The notes below the pieces were generated by a model, which saw only the letters and a program-made list of their open reading frames with translations, was not told the origin of the DNA and searched no databases. This document shows, piece after piece, positions 63,505-64,000 of a stretch of DNA of 64,000 nt. The stretch is from the NCBI GenBank assembly GCA_052327205.1, contig CM126230.1, positions 12,462,001-12,526,000 of the forward strand, written 5' to 3'. Within the stretch, counting starts at the first letter, position 1; every line of letters begins with the position of its first letter. The translations under genes and the position numbers were made by a program. This DNA comes from Somniosus microcephalus. Lineage: Eukaryota.

Positions 63505-63632
63505 TCTTTATGTCTTTCTCTCTTTCTGTTGCTCTTTCTTTCTGTCTCTCTTTCTGTTTTTCCTGCTGTCTTTCTTTGATACATTCTTTCTCGCTTTCTG
63601 TTCTTTCTTTCTGTCTGTCTTTCTTTCTTCTG
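63505..63632. repeat. Pyrimidine-rich (CTTT/CTGT)n low-complexity tract, probable expanded SINE tail
   Basis: Follows ATAAATGCAAGTTC, the SINE 3' end motif. Confidence 0.7.
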
Positions 63633-64000
63633 ACAGAGACATTATTTTAGACCTGGGTGTGACAGATATTTTTGCTTACAGTAGATGGGTTTCCTCTCTG
63701 TACTGTGTTTTAAGAAAGATATTTTACAATATTGGATAATATTTTAAGAAAGATATCGCTCTATAAATGGATTCTACAGCAGCTTAGTCAGATTCTTTTG
63801 GCTCTGCATGAAATATATAAGAAATAAGCCAGATATTTGCATCCGGTAAACAATCATCGGCACAGCTAAATGCTGAAAATAATCAGCACCTATTACTGGG
63901 AAGTTAATCAATGGCAGAATTTAATGGAGATAGTTGTAACACAGATAGCACTAGTTAAATATCACAGATGGCCATCAGTGTGCCTTTACGTTTGTGATAT

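Overview
Eukaryotic, repeat-dominated DNA with no confidently identifiable host gene. The SINE/LINE complement (Deu-domain SINEs, HE1-type V-SINEs, HER1-like CR1 LINEs) points to a cartilaginous fish (shark). 1-12.1 kb is a C-rich GATC-core minisatellite. It carries a young Ty3/Gypsy (Mag-like) LTR retrotransposon (7085-11437; identical 230-bp LTRs; CTCCC TSD; gag-pol broken by one frameshift) and a third, solo copy of the LTR in a duplicated insertion site. The element has no tRNA primer-binding site. Its PBS position is instead perfectly complementary to its own LTR R region, i.e. a Tf1-like self-priming structure. 12-30 kb is a patchwork of CR1/L2 fragments, SINEs, TA- and hAT-type MITEs, and a 101-bp hammerhead-ribozyme-bearing (Penelope-type) insertion. 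~30.6-59.05 kb is a 24-bp satellite (TACAGGAACACAGGTAGACCATTC) with higher-order structure, hit five times by CR1 LINEs. One of these CR1s carries two nested DNA elements, one with a 147-bp spacerless palindrome. Nearly all short ORFs in the track are artefacts of repeats.
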